This document shows positions 49,607 to 60,405 of a stretch of 64,000 bases of DNA, in pieces (position 1 is the stretch's first letter; the number at the start of each line of letters is the position of its first letter). The stretch lies in contig OZ253564.1 in NCBI GenBank assembly GCA_965262915.1, forward strand, positions 4,800,001-4,864,000. The letters are read 5' to 3'. This stretch comes from Candidatus Spongiisociaceae bacterium (GTDB taxonomy: Bacteria > Actinomycetota > Acidimicrobiia > Spongiisociales > Spongiisociaceae). The notes under the pieces are model-generated. The model made no database searches. It was not told where the DNA came from and saw nothing but the letters and a program-made list of their open reading frames with translations. Position numbers and translations under genes: made by a program.

Positions 49607-49921
49607 TCAGGGAGGAGATCCTGCCAGATCTTCGAGGTGACGAGCCTCCACGAGCAGGCGGCCCGTAACCATCACCCCGGAGTCGATGGCCTTGACGTAC
49701 ACCTGGGGCGACAGATTCCGGTAGAGGCTGAAGTTCCGGCTGGCGGTCGCCTCCGGGTGGCCCACCTCGCCGGCCTGCTCGGGGTCGACCGCGTAGGTCT
49801 CGATCCGGGTCACGACCGTACGGAGCACCAAGTACCTGAGGGTGAAGATGATGACGAGGAAGAGCAGGCTCAGGCCCAGGTTCAGGGCATGGTCGGAGAG
49901 AAGAACCAGGAACTGATCCAT
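49607..49921 (-). pseudogene. Probable internally deleted MscS-family channel remnant
   Basis: One N-terminal TM helix joined to Y.NLSPQVYV..IDSGV.VTGR.L, resembling MscS C-termini. Confidence 0.45.
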
Positions 49922-50055
49922 GTGCCGGTCACGCTACCCGGCTTCCCGACCCCGACCCTTACCGAGCGGTGTCAGATTCGGTCCGGCCCGCCTCGATACG
50001 CTCCAACCGCATCGAGGATCCACACTCGTCCGGGACGGCCGGCGTCAGGCCGGGA

Positions 50056-50358
50056 TCATCCGGTCTCGCGGAGCTGCCTGAGAAAGATCCGTCGGAGCCT
50101 GCGGCGCTCGCCCCGGGTGGTGCCGCCCCAGATCCCTTCGGTCTGGTTGCTCTCGATCGCGTACGACAGGCACTCCCAGGCGACTGGACAGGGAGCGCAG
50201 ACTTGCTTGGCCCTCTCGACACCTATGCAGTTCCCCGGGTCGGGGAAGAACACCTCAGGGTCGAGGCCCCGGCAGGCAGCCCGGTCACGCCACGAGATCT
50301 CGTCGCCGACGGCAGGCTCGAGGGCCGGTTCGCTTACAACAAGTGATTGTTCATCCAT
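50056..50358 (-). CDS. WhiB-family Fe-S transcriptional regulator
   Basis: W...AAC...DPEVFFP, AKQVC..CPV...CL.YA, GIWGG....ERR. Confidence 0.96.
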   Translation of the reverse strand: MDEQSLVVSEPALEPAVGDEISWRDRAACRGLDPEVFFPDPGNCIGVERAKQVCAPCPVAWECLSYAIESNQTEGIWGGTTRGERRRLRRIFLRQLRETG

Positions 50359-50442
50359 ACCTAGTACAACGCTATTCAGATGAGAATCATTCCTGTGCCG
50401 GCACAGTTAGAAGGTGAACAACAGGTTAACGACTATCGGGTT

Positions 50443-51678
50443 TCAGCCCGGGTAGGGGGGTGGAACCAGGCCGGGTTGGTAACGGGCCAACTCGCGCCGA
50501 GCGACCGACCGGATGTGTACCTCGTCCGGTCCGTCGACGATCTGCAGGGCCCGCACCTGCGCGTACATGTGCGCCAGCGGGAAGTCTCCCGACACCCCGG
50601 CGGCGCCGAACAACTGGATGGCCCGGTCGAGTACCAGCTTCGCCATCCTCGGGACCGCCACCTTGATGGCCGAGATCTCGATCCGGGCCGACCGGACTCC
50701 AACGGTATCGATCAGCCAGGCGGTCTTGAGCACCAGCAGGCGGGCCTGCTCGATCAGGATGCGCGAGTCGGCGATCCAGTCCTGTACCACTCCGTGGTCG
50801 GACAGAGCCGATCCGAAAGTCTCCCTGGCCTTGGCCCGGGAACACATCAAGTCGAAGGCCCGTTCCGCCATGCCGATCGCCCGCATGCAGTGATGGATCC
50901 TCCCCGGACCCAGCCGGGCCTGGGCGATCGCGAAGCCCGCTCCCCGCTCCCCGATCAGGTTCGAGACGGGCACCCTCACCCCGTCGAAGTGGATGGTGGC
51001 GTGCCCTCCCCGCTCGTGGTAACCGAAGATCGAGGAATCCCCTTCGACCTGCACACCCGGTGTGTCCAGCGGCACCGCCACGATGCTCTGGCGGCGGTAG
51101 GGGTGACCGTCCGGATCGCTGACGCCCATGACCAGGGCCACCCGGCACCTGGGGCTCGCCGCCCCCGTCGAGAACCACTTGCGACCGCGAATGACGAAGT
51201 GGTCTCCTTCCTGGCGGATCTGCGTCCTGATGTTGCGGGGGTCCGACGAGGCCACATCGGGCTCGGTCATCGAGATGCACGAGCGGATCGAACCGTCCAG
51301 CAGCGGGTCGAGCCAGCGGCGTTTCTGCTCCTCGGTGCCGAACAGGTGGAGAGTCTCCATGTTGCCCGTGTCGGGCGCCGAGCAGTTGAGGGCCTCCGGC
51401 GCCAGGACGGGACTACGACCGGTTATCTCCGCCAGCGGCGCGTACTCGAGGACCGACAGCCCGGCTCCCAGAGCAGGGTCGGGAAGGAACAGGTTCCAGA
51501 GCCCTCTCGTCCGGGCCTCGGCCTTCAGGTCCTCCATTATCTGCGGGTGGTGGTGCGGGTCGCCGGCCACCGCCATCTGCTCGGCGTAGATAGCCTCCGC
51601 CGGGTAGACCCACTCGTCCATGTACTCCGTGAGCGCCTCCTGGAGCCTCTCCACCCGCGCGGAAAACTCGAAGTCCAG
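50443..51678 (-). CDS. Acyl-CoA dehydrogenase
   Basis: GLWNLFLP, NCSAPDTGNME, MTEPDVASSD, AQARLGPGRIHHCMR, DGPDEVH; probable CTG start behind SD GGGAGGT. Confidence 0.95.
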   Translation of the reverse strand: MDFEFSARVERLQEALTEYMDEWVYPAEAIYAEQMAVAGDPHHHPQIMEDLKAEARTRGLWNLFLPDPALGAGLSVLEYAPLAEITGRSPVLAPEALNCSAPDTGNMETLHLFGTEEQKRRWLDPLLDGSIRSCISMTEPDVASSDPRNIRTQIRQEGDHFVIRGRKWFSTGAASPRCRVALVMGVSDPDGHPYRRQSIVAVPLDTPGVQVEGDSSIFGYHERGGHATIHFDGVRVPVSNLIGERGAGFAIAQARLGPGRIHHCMRAIGMAERAFDLMCSRAKARETFGSALSDHGVVQDWIADSRILIEQARLLVLKTAWLIDTVGVRSARIEISAIKVAVPRMAKLVLDRAIQLFGAAGVSGDFPLAHMYAQVRALQIVDGPDEVHIRSVARRELARYQPGLVPPPYPG

Positions 51679-51951
51679 CTGCTACCTCCCCCGGTTCACG
51701 GCATCCAACGTTAGCCGACCTTCGTAGCACCTCATTCTCAGTCATAGGATGATCCAGTCACACCTATGGTTATCAGCCTCAATCCACCGCTCAGGCTCCT
51801 CGTCCCACACCACATGAGAACGACACAGACCAGATGTCCGGCCGACGCCGGATCTCCATCGGCGGTGGCGGGAACCGAACGGAGCGGGGGTGGGGTGAGT
51901 CGGTTCCGCGGAGGACCCGACCCCGCCGGGTGATCGCGGTGGATGCGTGTC

Positions 51952-52722
51952 TCACATGCTGGTGTAGCCGCCGTCGACCACCAGCAGGGAACCGGTCACG
52001 TAGGCGGCGGCCGGGGAGGCCAGGTACACGGCGGCACCCTGGATGTCCTCCGGCCGGCCGGGTCTGCCCAGGGGGATTCTGGCCATGTGGTAGTCCCACA
52101 CCTCGGGTTCGGCCTGCTGCGCGACCACCGGCGGGGTGAGCATGAAGCCGGGGGCGATGGCGTTGACCCGTATCCCGTATTCCGCCCACTCGACGGCCAG
52201 TGATCGGGTGAGCATGACGAGGGCCGCCTTGGCCGAGTGGTAGGCGGCATCGCGATCCGGGTAGAGCGCTTGGAGTCCCGCGATGCTGGCCATGTTGATG
52301 ATGCAACCTCGCCGCTGGATCGACATAGGACGGAAGGCGGCCTGGGAGAAGGCGAACGGCCCGAACACGTCCACCTCGTAGATCCGGCGGAAACGCTCGG
52401 GAGCGATGCCCTCGGCGGGGCCCAGCTCTCCTATCCCGGCGTTGTTGACGAGTATGTCGAGGCCTCCCCAGGCTTCGACCACCCGACCCACCGAGTTCTC
52501 GGCCACCCCCCGATCCGATACGTCAGCCACCAGCGCGACGGCTGTGCCGCCGGCCCGCTCGATCCTGGCGGTGGCGTCGACGGCCGCCGAGGGATCCCGG
52601 TCCAGGATCGCCACGCGAGCACCGTGCCCGGCCAGCGCGTCGGCTATAGCCCGGCCGAGACCGCTGCCGGCCCCGGTGATCAGGGCTCGCTCACCCTGCA
52701 GGTCGAAGAGATTCGAGATCAC
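51952..52722 (-). CDS. Short-chain dehydrogenase/reductase
   Basis: TGAGSGLG, NNAG, YHSAK, VNAIAPG, VDGG. Confidence 0.95.
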   Translation of the reverse strand: MISNLFDLQGERALITGAGSGLGRAIADALAGHGARVAILDRDPSAAVDATARIERAGGTAVALVADVSDRGVAENSVGRVVEAWGGLDILVNNAGIGELGPAEGIAPERFRRIYEVDVFGPFAFSQAAFRPMSIQRRGCIINMASIAGLQALYPDRDAAYHSAKAALVMLTRSLAVEWAEYGIRVNAIAPGFMLTPPVVAQQAEPEVWDYHMARIPLGRPGRPEDIQGAAVYLASPAAAYVTGSLLVVDGGYTSM

Positions 52723-52877
52723 GGTGTTGTGTATACCAGGCAGGGTCGGCCGAACGCATCGGACTGGGAAGGATGGTCAATTAGACTGGCGGGGATTCCG
52801 GCTTGCCGAGCACCGCCCGGTCGGGTTACCGACCAGGCGGCGGAACCGAGGCAGCACTTTACCGGGGGTGACAAACC

Positions 52878-53525
52878 ATGCTGAGATTCGTCGAGGAAAT
52901 CGTCCTGCTCCTGCTCCGTGATGACGACGGGAGGTTCGTACACGTGTCCAGGCTGTCCCTGGACCGCGCCATCGCAGGCGGCGTCCTGATGGACCTGGCG
53001 ATGGAGAACCGCATCGATACCGATCTCGAACATCTGATCCTGATCGACCCCACGCCCGTCGGCGACGGCCTGCTCGACCCGACCCTGGCCGAGATCGCCA
53101 CGACCGAGCAGAACAACGCCCAGTACTGGGTGGAGCGCGTCGCCCAGAACTCCGACGAGATACGGGAGTGTGCACTCGCCCGGCTGGTCGAGCGCGGCAT
53201 CCTGGAGCAGCACGAGAACCACTTCCTGTGGGTGTTCCGGTCCAGGCGCTACCCGGCCATCGACGGCACGGCCGAGCGTGAGGTGAAGCTGCGGATCATG
53301 GGCGTGCTGTTCAGCGACGAACTCCCCGACCCCCGCGATGTCGTGCTCATCTGCCTAGCCGACGCATGCGGCATCTTCAAGCAGATGCTGTCCAGGCGGG
53401 AACTGGACCAGGCATCGGCCCGGATCCGGCAGGTGCGCAAGCTGGACCTGATCGGCCAGGCCATGTCACGGGCGATCCGCGACATCGAGGTGTCGATCGC
53501 TTCGGCCGGCGGGTATATGTTCTAG
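52878..53525 (+). CDS. GPP34 / GOLPH3-Vps74 family protein
   Basis: EEIVLLLL.D..G, AG.VLMDLA...RI, D.TP.GD.LLD..L..I, LV.RGIL..FLWVF...RYP. Confidence 0.88.
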   Translation: MLRFVEEIVLLLLRDDDGRFVHVSRLSLDRAIAGGVLMDLAMENRIDTDLEHLILIDPTPVGDGLLDPTLAEIATTEQNNAQYWVERVAQNSDEIRECALARLVERGILEQHENHFLWVFRSRRYPAIDGTAEREVKLRIMGVLFSDELPDPRDVVLICLADACGIFKQMLSRRELDQASARIRQVRKLDLIGQAMSRAIRDIEVSIASAGGYMF

Positions 53526-54119
53526 GGGAATGGTCCAAACCACCGGTTGACCCGGCGGTCGATGACAGGATGCCACGTCAGCGGACGACGGGCCCATCAT
53601 TCACCCGTTGCCGAGCACCCTCCCGGTGTCCCGAATTTCTTGGTTCGCTGTGTTCAGAACCCGCGGCGCACGATGGGCAGCTGAAGCGCCCACAGAACCC
53701 TCGCCGGACCGACCGCGCCGGCACAAGGGGGTTGACCGTGTCACAGTCCTGTTGCACACTGGTAGGCAACCGTAAACACCGCCGGTCCGTTTCCGGTACC
53801 GACCGGACCGGGGCAGGGATCATGTTGTCAAAGCCGACCCTCTCGGGGAGGGAGGAACGCGGTCGGAGCCGAGGAGGTGGCGGTTGGGGGAGGGCCCGCC
53901 GGCAGGGGTCCGATCCGGGGATTTTCGCGTTCTCGGTCGCCTCCGGCCCGCCGGGTGGTACGGACGGTTCATTCCGAGTATCCGGAACGGCTTCCCGAAT
54001 CAGGACATTAGGTGCTGAACGATCCACCTGCGGCTGCCGATCAACTCTGAAATGCCCGGTCAGCCGACGGCAGGCCTTGAGCAATCGTCACTGTTCCGCC
54101 TTCTCCTAACGGAACGCAG

Positions 54120-54415
54120 TCGGCCTCCGTCGGCTCTCCCCGGCATGCTCAGATGCCCTCCGATACCCCTACGATGACCGGAACCCTCCCGTCGACGGTG
54201 GCGATGGCGCTCTCGACCACGGGTCGGTTCCACCTCGGTCATCCGGTTGGCTTCACCCATCACGCCGGGCAGCGCGACGCCGCTCGATCGGACGCAACAC
54301 ACAAATCCATCAAGGTAGGGATCGAAGGCAGATCGGTGTTCCAGTCCTCGTCCAGGGGCGTCACAGCAATCGTCACGAGGCCCGATGTCGGCGTTGAGTC
54401 GATCAAGGGGTCGGT
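54120..54415 (-). pseudogene. Dihydrodipicolinate synthase-family (DapA-like) N-terminal fragment
   Basis: IAVTPLDEDW..D / GV..PGVMGEANRMT / VVESAIATVDGRVPVIVGV in three frames; boundaries approximate. Confidence 0.65.
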
Positions 54416-54419
54416 CCCT

Positions 54420-54680
54420 CTCGGTGTACGCATCCCGAAGGGCTGATGCTGCAAAGATAATGGCGACCTGGCACAGCTCCACCACGGGGAGCCCCGGTTC
54501 ACCCTGGAGCCGGGCACGGAGACGGGTCATGCCGGTGCATCCCACCACGACGACGTCCGCTCCCGATTTCGCGAGTTCCTGACCGGCCTCGAGAACGTCC
54601 CCGTAGGCTTCCTCGCCCTCTGGATCGAGCACACGCCGCCCCGGCGGCCGCATCCCCGAGGACTCTCGCTGCAACTCCGA
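54420..54680 (-). pseudogene. Asp/Glu/hydantoin racemase C-terminal fragment
   Basis: GADVVVVGCTGM..L...LQ...GLPVVE motif; boundaries approximate. Confidence 0.7.
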
Positions 54681-54779
54681 TCCCAGTGACGGTCGTGGCG
54701 GGCAGCGACGCGTCGAGGCTGTGGATGACCCCGACACTGCGCCCGCGTAACATCGCGACCGGCGCCGCCGATTCACCTG

Positions 54780-54870
54780 GGGCCTGTTGACACTGCGTAG
54801 GGCTTCGGTTATCAGCACGAAGGTGATGAACCCGATGTAGATCACGTCGAGTTTGTCGTAGCGGGAGAAG
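54780..54870 (-). mobile_element. IS5-family (IS427 group) 3'-end remnant
   Basis: Near-identical to 63433-63523 (GGGCCTGTTGACACTGCG..; FSRYDKLDVIYIGF); cut by IS3. Confidence 0.9.
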
Positions 54871-56166
54871 TGGAGTTCCCCCCGGTGGCCGGACACTTCC
54901 ACAAAGAGCGCGTTTGATGTCCGAGAATGGACGCAGCGCGTGGGGAAGGAGTCCTGTTGGGAGCGAATCGACCGAGACGGAAGTTCTCCGATGAGTTCAA
55001 ACGTGGATGCGGTGGAGATTGTTCGCAGCTGGGGCAGGCCGATACGGCAGGTCGCCAACGAGTTGGGTATTTATGACTCGACGTTGCGGTGACTGGGTTC
55101 GTCAGGATGGGATCAACCGGGGTGAGCGGGAGGGGCTTAGGTCTGGGGAGCGGGAGCGGCTGCGGGAGCCGGGTGCGGGAGAACGCTGGGCTGCGGACGG
55201 GGGCGTGAGCTCGAAAAGACGAGCTGTGGCGTTGTGGGTGCGGGAGTCGAAGGGGTGATGTTGTGTCGCTTTGTCGATGCTCAGAGGGCCGAAGGCTTCC
55301 CGGTGAGGATGGTGTGTTCGGTGGTGGGGGTGTCACCGTCTGCGTATTACGCCTACAAGCAGCGACCCCGGTCTGGTCCTGTCCAGATGGCAGAGGCCGC
55401 TCTGGTGGACGAGATCCGGGCCGTCTGGGCGGACTCGGATGGGACCTATGGTTCGCCTCGGGTGTGCGCCGAGTTGCGTCGGCGTGGCCGGGTGGTGAAT
55501 CACAAGCGGGAGGGTGCGGCTGATGAAGTGCCACCGCATGGCAGGTTTCGTTCCCCGCAAGCGGCGTGTCACCACCACAGCGGACACCGCTCATCGGATC
55601 CCTGATCTACTCAGGGGTGAGTTCACCACTTCGGCACCGGATGAAGCCTGGGTGGGCGACATAACCTACATCCGGACCCGTCAAGGGTTCCTGTATGTGG
55701 CGTTCGTCCTGGACCTGGCGTCCCGCCGAGTTGTTGGTGTCTCTGTGGCACCACACCTCAAGGCCTCGCTCGTCGCTGACGCGCTGCGCGAAGCGATCGG
55801 AACCCGGGGCGGCCAGATGCGGGGGGTAGTGTTCCACAGCGACCGGGGCAGCCCACACACCTCGAGGGCCACCGCTCGGCTCTGCCGGGCATATGGCATC
55901 GCACAGTCGGTGGGACGGACAGGGGTGTGCTGGGACAACGCCGCCGCCGAATTCGTTTCTCGGCACCCTTAAGAAGGAACTCGTCAACCGAGCCGACTAC
56001 CAGAGCCGCCACCACGCCCGCCTATCGATCCGGTACTGGATCCAAGCCTGGTACAACCCCCGCCGGCTCCACTCCACGATCGGGCAACAGCCACCAAACG
56101 AATGGGAGGACAACTACTAGCATCACGGCCGCCTAAACCAAGTGTCCAGCACATGGGGGAACTCCA
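54871..56166 (+). mobile_element. IS3-family element with disrupted orfA/orfB
   Basis: TG..CA ends, IRs TGGAGTTCCCCC..GGACAC / GTGTCC..GGGGGAACTCCA; YGSPRV, WVGDITYI, FHSDRGS, CWDNA, YNPRRLHS motifs split by frameshifts and stops. Confidence 0.93.
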
Positions 56167-56305
56167 GAAAACCACCCCCAACCGATCAATACTCTGCGAT
56201 ACTCCACTCACAGGAAGTGCCTCCTGACTCCGGGCCGAAGCCGCTGTTGCCAATGGCTATTGTCCCAGATCAGAGACACTTTCCACGTCTATCCAACCCC
56301 CAACC
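56167..56305 (-). mobile_element. IS1380 5'-region remnant
   Basis: Reverse complement of about 2596-2730 (GGCTATTGTCCCAGATCAGAG.CACTTTCC.CGTCTATCC). Confidence 0.85.
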
Positions 56306-56358
56306 TCGGACTTTCAAGGACTAGCCAAATGGGGGAGCAACAACCAGGAGGCGAAAAC

Positions 56359-58122
56359 ATGACATATTTCCGTATATCCAGATTGAGGACATTGTGTTTG
56401 CTTGTGGGCGTCTTCGCTCTGATCGCGGCGGCTTGTGGCGGCGCAGATGAGCCCGCAACCGAGGTGCCCGCAACCGAGGCACCCGCAACCGAGGCACCCG
56501 CAACCGAGGCACCCACAGCCGAGGCACCCACAGCCGAGGCACCCACAGCCGAGGCACCCGCAACCGAGGCACCCACAGCCGAGGAGCCCACAACCGAGGA
56601 GCCCACAACCGAGGAGCCCACAACCGAGGAGCCCACAACCGAGGCACCCGCAACCGAGGAGCCCGCAGTCCCGGGCGGCGAGCTGATAATCGCGCTCACA
56701 ACGCAGCCCAACGCGCTCGACGGTGCGAACGCAGCCGAGCGAAACGCGGGCAACGTGTCCAACCAGATATTCGACCCGCTGGTGTGGATCAACGACGACC
56801 TGGAGTTCGAACCGGCCCTCGCCGAGTCGTGGACAGTGTCCGACGACGGTCGCACGTACACGTTCAAGCTGCGCGAGGACGTAGTGTTCCACAACGGCGA
56901 GCCGTTCAACGCGGACGCCGTGGTGTTCTCGTGGGAAGTGCAAAAGCAGCCGGAGAACGCTTACTTCAACTACTACGAACGAGCGTCCGAGGTGAACAAG
57001 ATCGACGAATACACCGTCGAGCTAGTCGCACCGAATCCCAACGCACTGTTCCTCGGCCTCACCGGCGCCATATGGTTCTTCGTTCCTCCCAAGTACTACG
57101 CCGAGGTCGGGCTGGAGGGCTTCGGCCAAGAGCCGATCGGCACCGGTCCGTTCATGCTGACCGAGTGGGTCCAGGGCGACCGCATCGTGTTGGACCGGAA
57201 CCCGAACTACTGGCGCAAAGGCTACCCCAAGCTCGACCGGATCATCTTCCGGCCGATCACCGAGTCCTCCACCAGGGCCGCAGCGATCCAGACGGGCGAG
57301 GTCGACATCGTGAGCCGCCTCAGCCCCGACGAAGCCGCATCGCTGGAGGGCGTAGACGGAGTCAACATCATCGAGTATCCGACCAACCGGGTCTACTACA
57401 TCGCGTTCAACAACCTCACCTCCGGTGTGGGTCAACCAACCGAAGATCCCAGAGTGCGCCAAGCCCTCAACCATGCGGTCGACGTCGAAGGCATCATCGA
57501 CGCTCTGTTCAACGGCAACGGCGTCCGAGCCACCGGGCTGATGACGGCCGCCGACTTCGGTTACAACCATGCGCTGACGCCCTACTCCTACGACCCTGAT
57601 CGGGCGCGGGAGCTGTTGGCCGAAGCCGGGTACACCGAGGGGTTCGACATCGGATTCGCCTGCCCGTCAGCTGCCTACACCAACTTCGAGCAGGTGTGCG
57701 AAGCCGTCGCGGCCCAGCTCGGCGAGGTAGGAGTGAACGCGTCGCTCGATCTCATGGAGTCCGGGGCGTACTGGGATCTGGAGGCGAACAAGCAGTTGCC
57801 GCCGCTGTTCGGTGATAGCTGGTCGAACGCCAATCCCGAGGGCTGGGACCGCCTGCAAGGGGCCATGGGCGGCCAAGCTGCGAGCTATTCAGCATGGTCC
57901 GACCCGGTGGTTGACAGCCTCCTCCTTGAGATACTCGCGACCCCCGACGACAACGCCCGTGCGGATCTGTACCAGAAATTGCAGCAGCAGATGTACGACG
58001 AACCACCGTTCATCTATCTCTACGTGCCGTCCTCGTTCGAAGCAAGGAGCGATCGGGTCGCCAACTACAAGCCGCGCTCGGCCGAGGAGTACTGGCTTTG
58101 GGACTTGGCGGTGGCCAGCTGA
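56359..58122 (+). CDS. Peptide/nickel ABC transporter substrate-binding lipoprotein (family 5)
   Basis: Lipobox IAAAC; PALAESW..S.DG.TYTF.LR..V.FHNG; PIGTGPF; VRQALN.AVD. Confidence 0.95.
   Translation: MTYFRISRLRTLCLLVGVFALIAAACGGADEPATEVPATEAPATEAPATEAPTAEAPTAEAPTAEAPATEAPTAEEPTTEEPTTEEPTTEEPTTEAPATEEPAVPGGELIIALTTQPNALDGANAAERNAGNVSNQIFDPLVWINDDLEFEPALAESWTVSDDGRTYTFKLREDVVFHNGEPFNADAVVFSWEVQKQPENAYFNYYERASEVNKIDEYTVELVAPNPNALFLGLTGAIWFFVPPKYYAEVGLEGFGQEPIGTGPFMLTEWVQGDRIVLDRNPNYWRKGYPKLDRIIFRPITESSTRAAAIQTGEVDIVSRLSPDEAASLEGVDGVNIIEYPTNRVYYIAFNNLTSGVGQPTEDPRVRQALNHAVDVEGIIDALFNGNGVRATGLMTAADFGYNHALTPYSYDPDRARELLAEAGYTEGFDIGFACPSAAYTNFEQVCEAVAAQLGEVGVNASLDLMESGAYWDLEANKQLPPLFGDSWSNANPEGWDRLQGAMGGQAASYSAWSDPVVDSLLLEILATPDDNARADLYQKLQQQMYDEPPFIYLYVPSSFEARSDRVANYKPRSAEEYWLWDLAVAS
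56446..56670 (+). repeat. 15-bp tandem repeat, about 15 copies ([15 protein letters not shown] linker)
   Basis: GAGG(CA/AG)CCC(G/A)CA(A/G)CC units in frame after the lipobox. Confidence 0.95.
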
Positions 58123-58153
58123 TCGACGCGGGTTACTGAGTTAGTCATCCATT

Positions 58154-58186
58154 GGTGGGGCCGGGGCGCTGCGCCTCGGCCCCACC
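58154..58186 (+). terminator. Hairpin after the substrate-binding protein gene
   Basis: GGTGGGGCCGGGGCG / CGCCTCGGCCCCACC stem. Confidence 0.6.
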
Positions 58187-58426
58187 GATCAAGCCTGAAT
58201 CCACTGGCGGGGGTACATCTTCGGGAGGGTGGATACGTATAGAAAGCGCTCCTGATCTGCGACGATAGCCATAGCTAAGGCGGCTTCGGGCCCGGATGAG
58301 GAGGAAACAGCCTGTGATTGGAATATCACGGAGATGACCAGGCCAGGGCTGGTTTACGATGACGGCTCGGTGGATCCAGGCTAAGATGAAAAGGGGCCGA
58401 GCAGAGGGAGAGAGTTCGGTGGCGAG

Positions 58427-59449
58427 GTGAGGTACCTAGTCGGGCGCATAGGCCAGTCACTGCTGCTGGTGCTCGGCGTGATGGTGATCGTCTTCTTGAT
58501 GCTGCGAGCGTCAGGGGACCCGACCAACCTGCTAGTTCCCCGGGAGGCAACCCCGGAGCAAAGAGAGGCGGCACGGCAGGCATACGGCCTGGACAAGACC
58601 GTTGCTGAGCAGTTTGTCGACTTCGTGGTGGACGCGGCCCGCCTCGACTTCGGTAGGTCGCTTCGCTACAAGGTCCCGGTACGAGAAGTGGTCTTCGACC
58701 GGATGCCGGCGACGATCGAGCTCGGCCTCGCGGCGATGGCCTTCGCGGTAGCGGTCGGAGTACCGCTCGGAATCCTCGCGGGTGTCAAGGCGGGCGGCCG
58801 CTGGGATGGTGCGGCGCGCGGTCTCAGTCTGCTGGGCCAGACGATTCCGAATTTCTGGCTGGCGTTGGTCTTCATTGTGGTGTTCGCCGTTGGACTCGGG
58901 TGGTTGCCGTCGTTCGGGCGCGGCACGATATCGATATGGTTTTTCACCATACCTAACAAGTCGATCATCTTGCCGGCGGTCGCGCTCGGCTTGTTTCCGA
59001 TGGCTCAGCTTCTGCGGTTCACGAGATCGTCAGTGCTCGAGATCGTCAACGAGGAGTACGTCCGCATCGCTCGCAGCAAGGGCCTCCGAGCGCTGGTCAT
59101 CTACAGACGCTACATCCTGCGCAACGCTCTCATCCCGCTCATCAGCGTAATGAGCCTGCAGATCGGGGCGCTGCTGGGTGGATCGCTGTATATCGAAGCT
59201 GTTTTTGCTTGGCCGGGAGCGGGAGGGTTGTTGGCCGAGGCGGTAGGCAACCGCGACTTCCAGCTTGTGCAGGGAATAGCTTTCTTCGGCGCGCTCATCG
59301 TCATATTATTCTCACTTCTTGCTGACCTGCTGTACACAGTCGCCGACCCGCGAATCAGAATGGGCAAGCTGGGACAGACTCGGCGCAAACGAACTGCGGA
59401 CGATGCGTCGGCGACGATGCCGAAGCCATTCGGAGAGGGGATCACATGA
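58427..59449 (+). CDS. ABC permease (DppB/OppB-like)
   Basis: GDP, DFGRS, PNFWL, YVRIARSKGL (EAA loop), RNALIP, FAWPG. Confidence 0.95.
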   Translation: MRYLVGRIGQSLLLVLGVMVIVFLMLRASGDPTNLLVPREATPEQREAARQAYGLDKTVAEQFVDFVVDAARLDFGRSLRYKVPVREVVFDRMPATIELGLAAMAFAVAVGVPLGILAGVKAGGRWDGAARGLSLLGQTIPNFWLALVFIVVFAVGLGWLPSFGRGTISIWFFTIPNKSIILPAVALGLFPMAQLLRFTRSSVLEIVNEEYVRIARSKGLRALVIYRRYILRNALIPLISVMSLQIGALLGGSLYIEAVFAWPGAGGLLAEAVGNRDFQLVQGIAFFGALIVILFSLLADLLYTVADPRIRMGKLGQTRRKRTADDASATMPKPFGEGIT

Positions 59450-60405
59450 CTGATCACAGCGCTCGGGCAGGCGCTGATTCTCCTACCGGCGAGATCGAAA
59501 CCGGCCATCAAGTCGATATTGAGAAGGACCTACGATTCCGCGCCCGGATTCGTAATGCCCTGAGGCTGCTTCGCCGGTCCAAGGGCGGCACGTTCGGGGC
59601 CTTCGTCTTCGTCATGTTGCTCATCCTCGCGGTGTTCGCTCCGTGGATCGCCCCCCATGATCCTCTCCAACAGACTCTGAGTGACGCCAATATCCCGCCG
59701 TTCTGGACCTATGACGGCTCCACCGACTACCTGGTCGGCACCGACACACTCGGACGTGACATTCTCAGCCGCATCATCTTCGCAACCCGCGTCTCGCTTG
59801 GTGTGGCTCTCGGTGGCGTTGGAATCGCCATCACGCTGGGGATGGCGATCGGTCTTATCGCCGGGTACCGAGGCGGCAAGATCGACGCCGTCATCGTCGG
59901 CTTCATCAACCTGATCCTGTCGCTGCCCTACCTGTTGTTCGTGGTTTTCTTCGCCGCCGTCGTCGGGCGAAGCCTGATCAACGTGATCCTCATCTTCGGT
60001 TTCACTTCGATTCCGGTGTTCGCCCGAGTGACGCGGGGTGAGGTCTTGAAGCTCCGGGAGAGCATGTTCATCGAGGCAGCGAGGAACGTCGGCGTACCGG
60101 AGGGCCAGATCCTGCGGCTGCATCTACTGCCCAACCTTGTCGGCCCGCTGGCCACGCTGGCCACGTTCGAGATGTCGGCCATGATCCTCTATGAGGCCGG
60201 CCTCGGATTCCTCGGTCTGTCCGTGCCGCCCAGCACGCCGAGCTGGGGCAACATGATCAACGCCGGTCGAGGCGTACTCGCGATCCGTCCGTGGATATCG
60301 CTCGCACCGGGCTTTGCCATTCTGCTTGCCGGGCTCGGGCTCAACATGCTCGGCGATTGGTTGCGCGACGCGCTCGACCCCCGATCTCAACGAGTGAAAC
60401 AGTGA
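59446..60405 (+). CDS. ABC permease (DppC/OppC-like)
   Basis: GTDTLGRDILSR, FIEAAR..G, LGFLGL..P..PSWG, GDWLRDALDP. Confidence 0.95.
   Translation: MTDHSARAGADSPTGEIETGHQVDIEKDLRFRARIRNALRLLRRSKGGTFGAFVFVMLLILAVFAPWIAPHDPLQQTLSDANIPPFWTYDGSTDYLVGTDTLGRDILSRIIFATRVSLGVALGGVGIAITLGMAIGLIAGYRGGKIDAVIVGFINLILSLPYLLFVVFFAAVVGRSLINVILIFGFTSIPVFARVTRGEVLKLRESMFIEAARNVGVPEGQILRLHLLPNLVGPLATLATFEMSAMILYEAGLGFLGLSVPPSTPSWGNMINAGRGVLAIRPWISLAPGFAILLAGLGLNMLGDWLRDALDPRSQRVKQ

Noticed and set aside
50380-50395. Fur-like box ATGAGAATCATTCCT upstream of whiB
   Set aside because: Only a partial 7-1-7 palindrome; too weak without comparative data
53530-54110. Long intergenic regions (also 16490-16845) as riboswitch or ncRNA
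   Set aside because: No recognisable aptamer motif and no dense helix series beyond what GC content would give
56446-56670. 15-bp repeats (also 24546-24620) as CRISPR arrays
   Set aside because: Contiguous in-frame tandem units with no spacers
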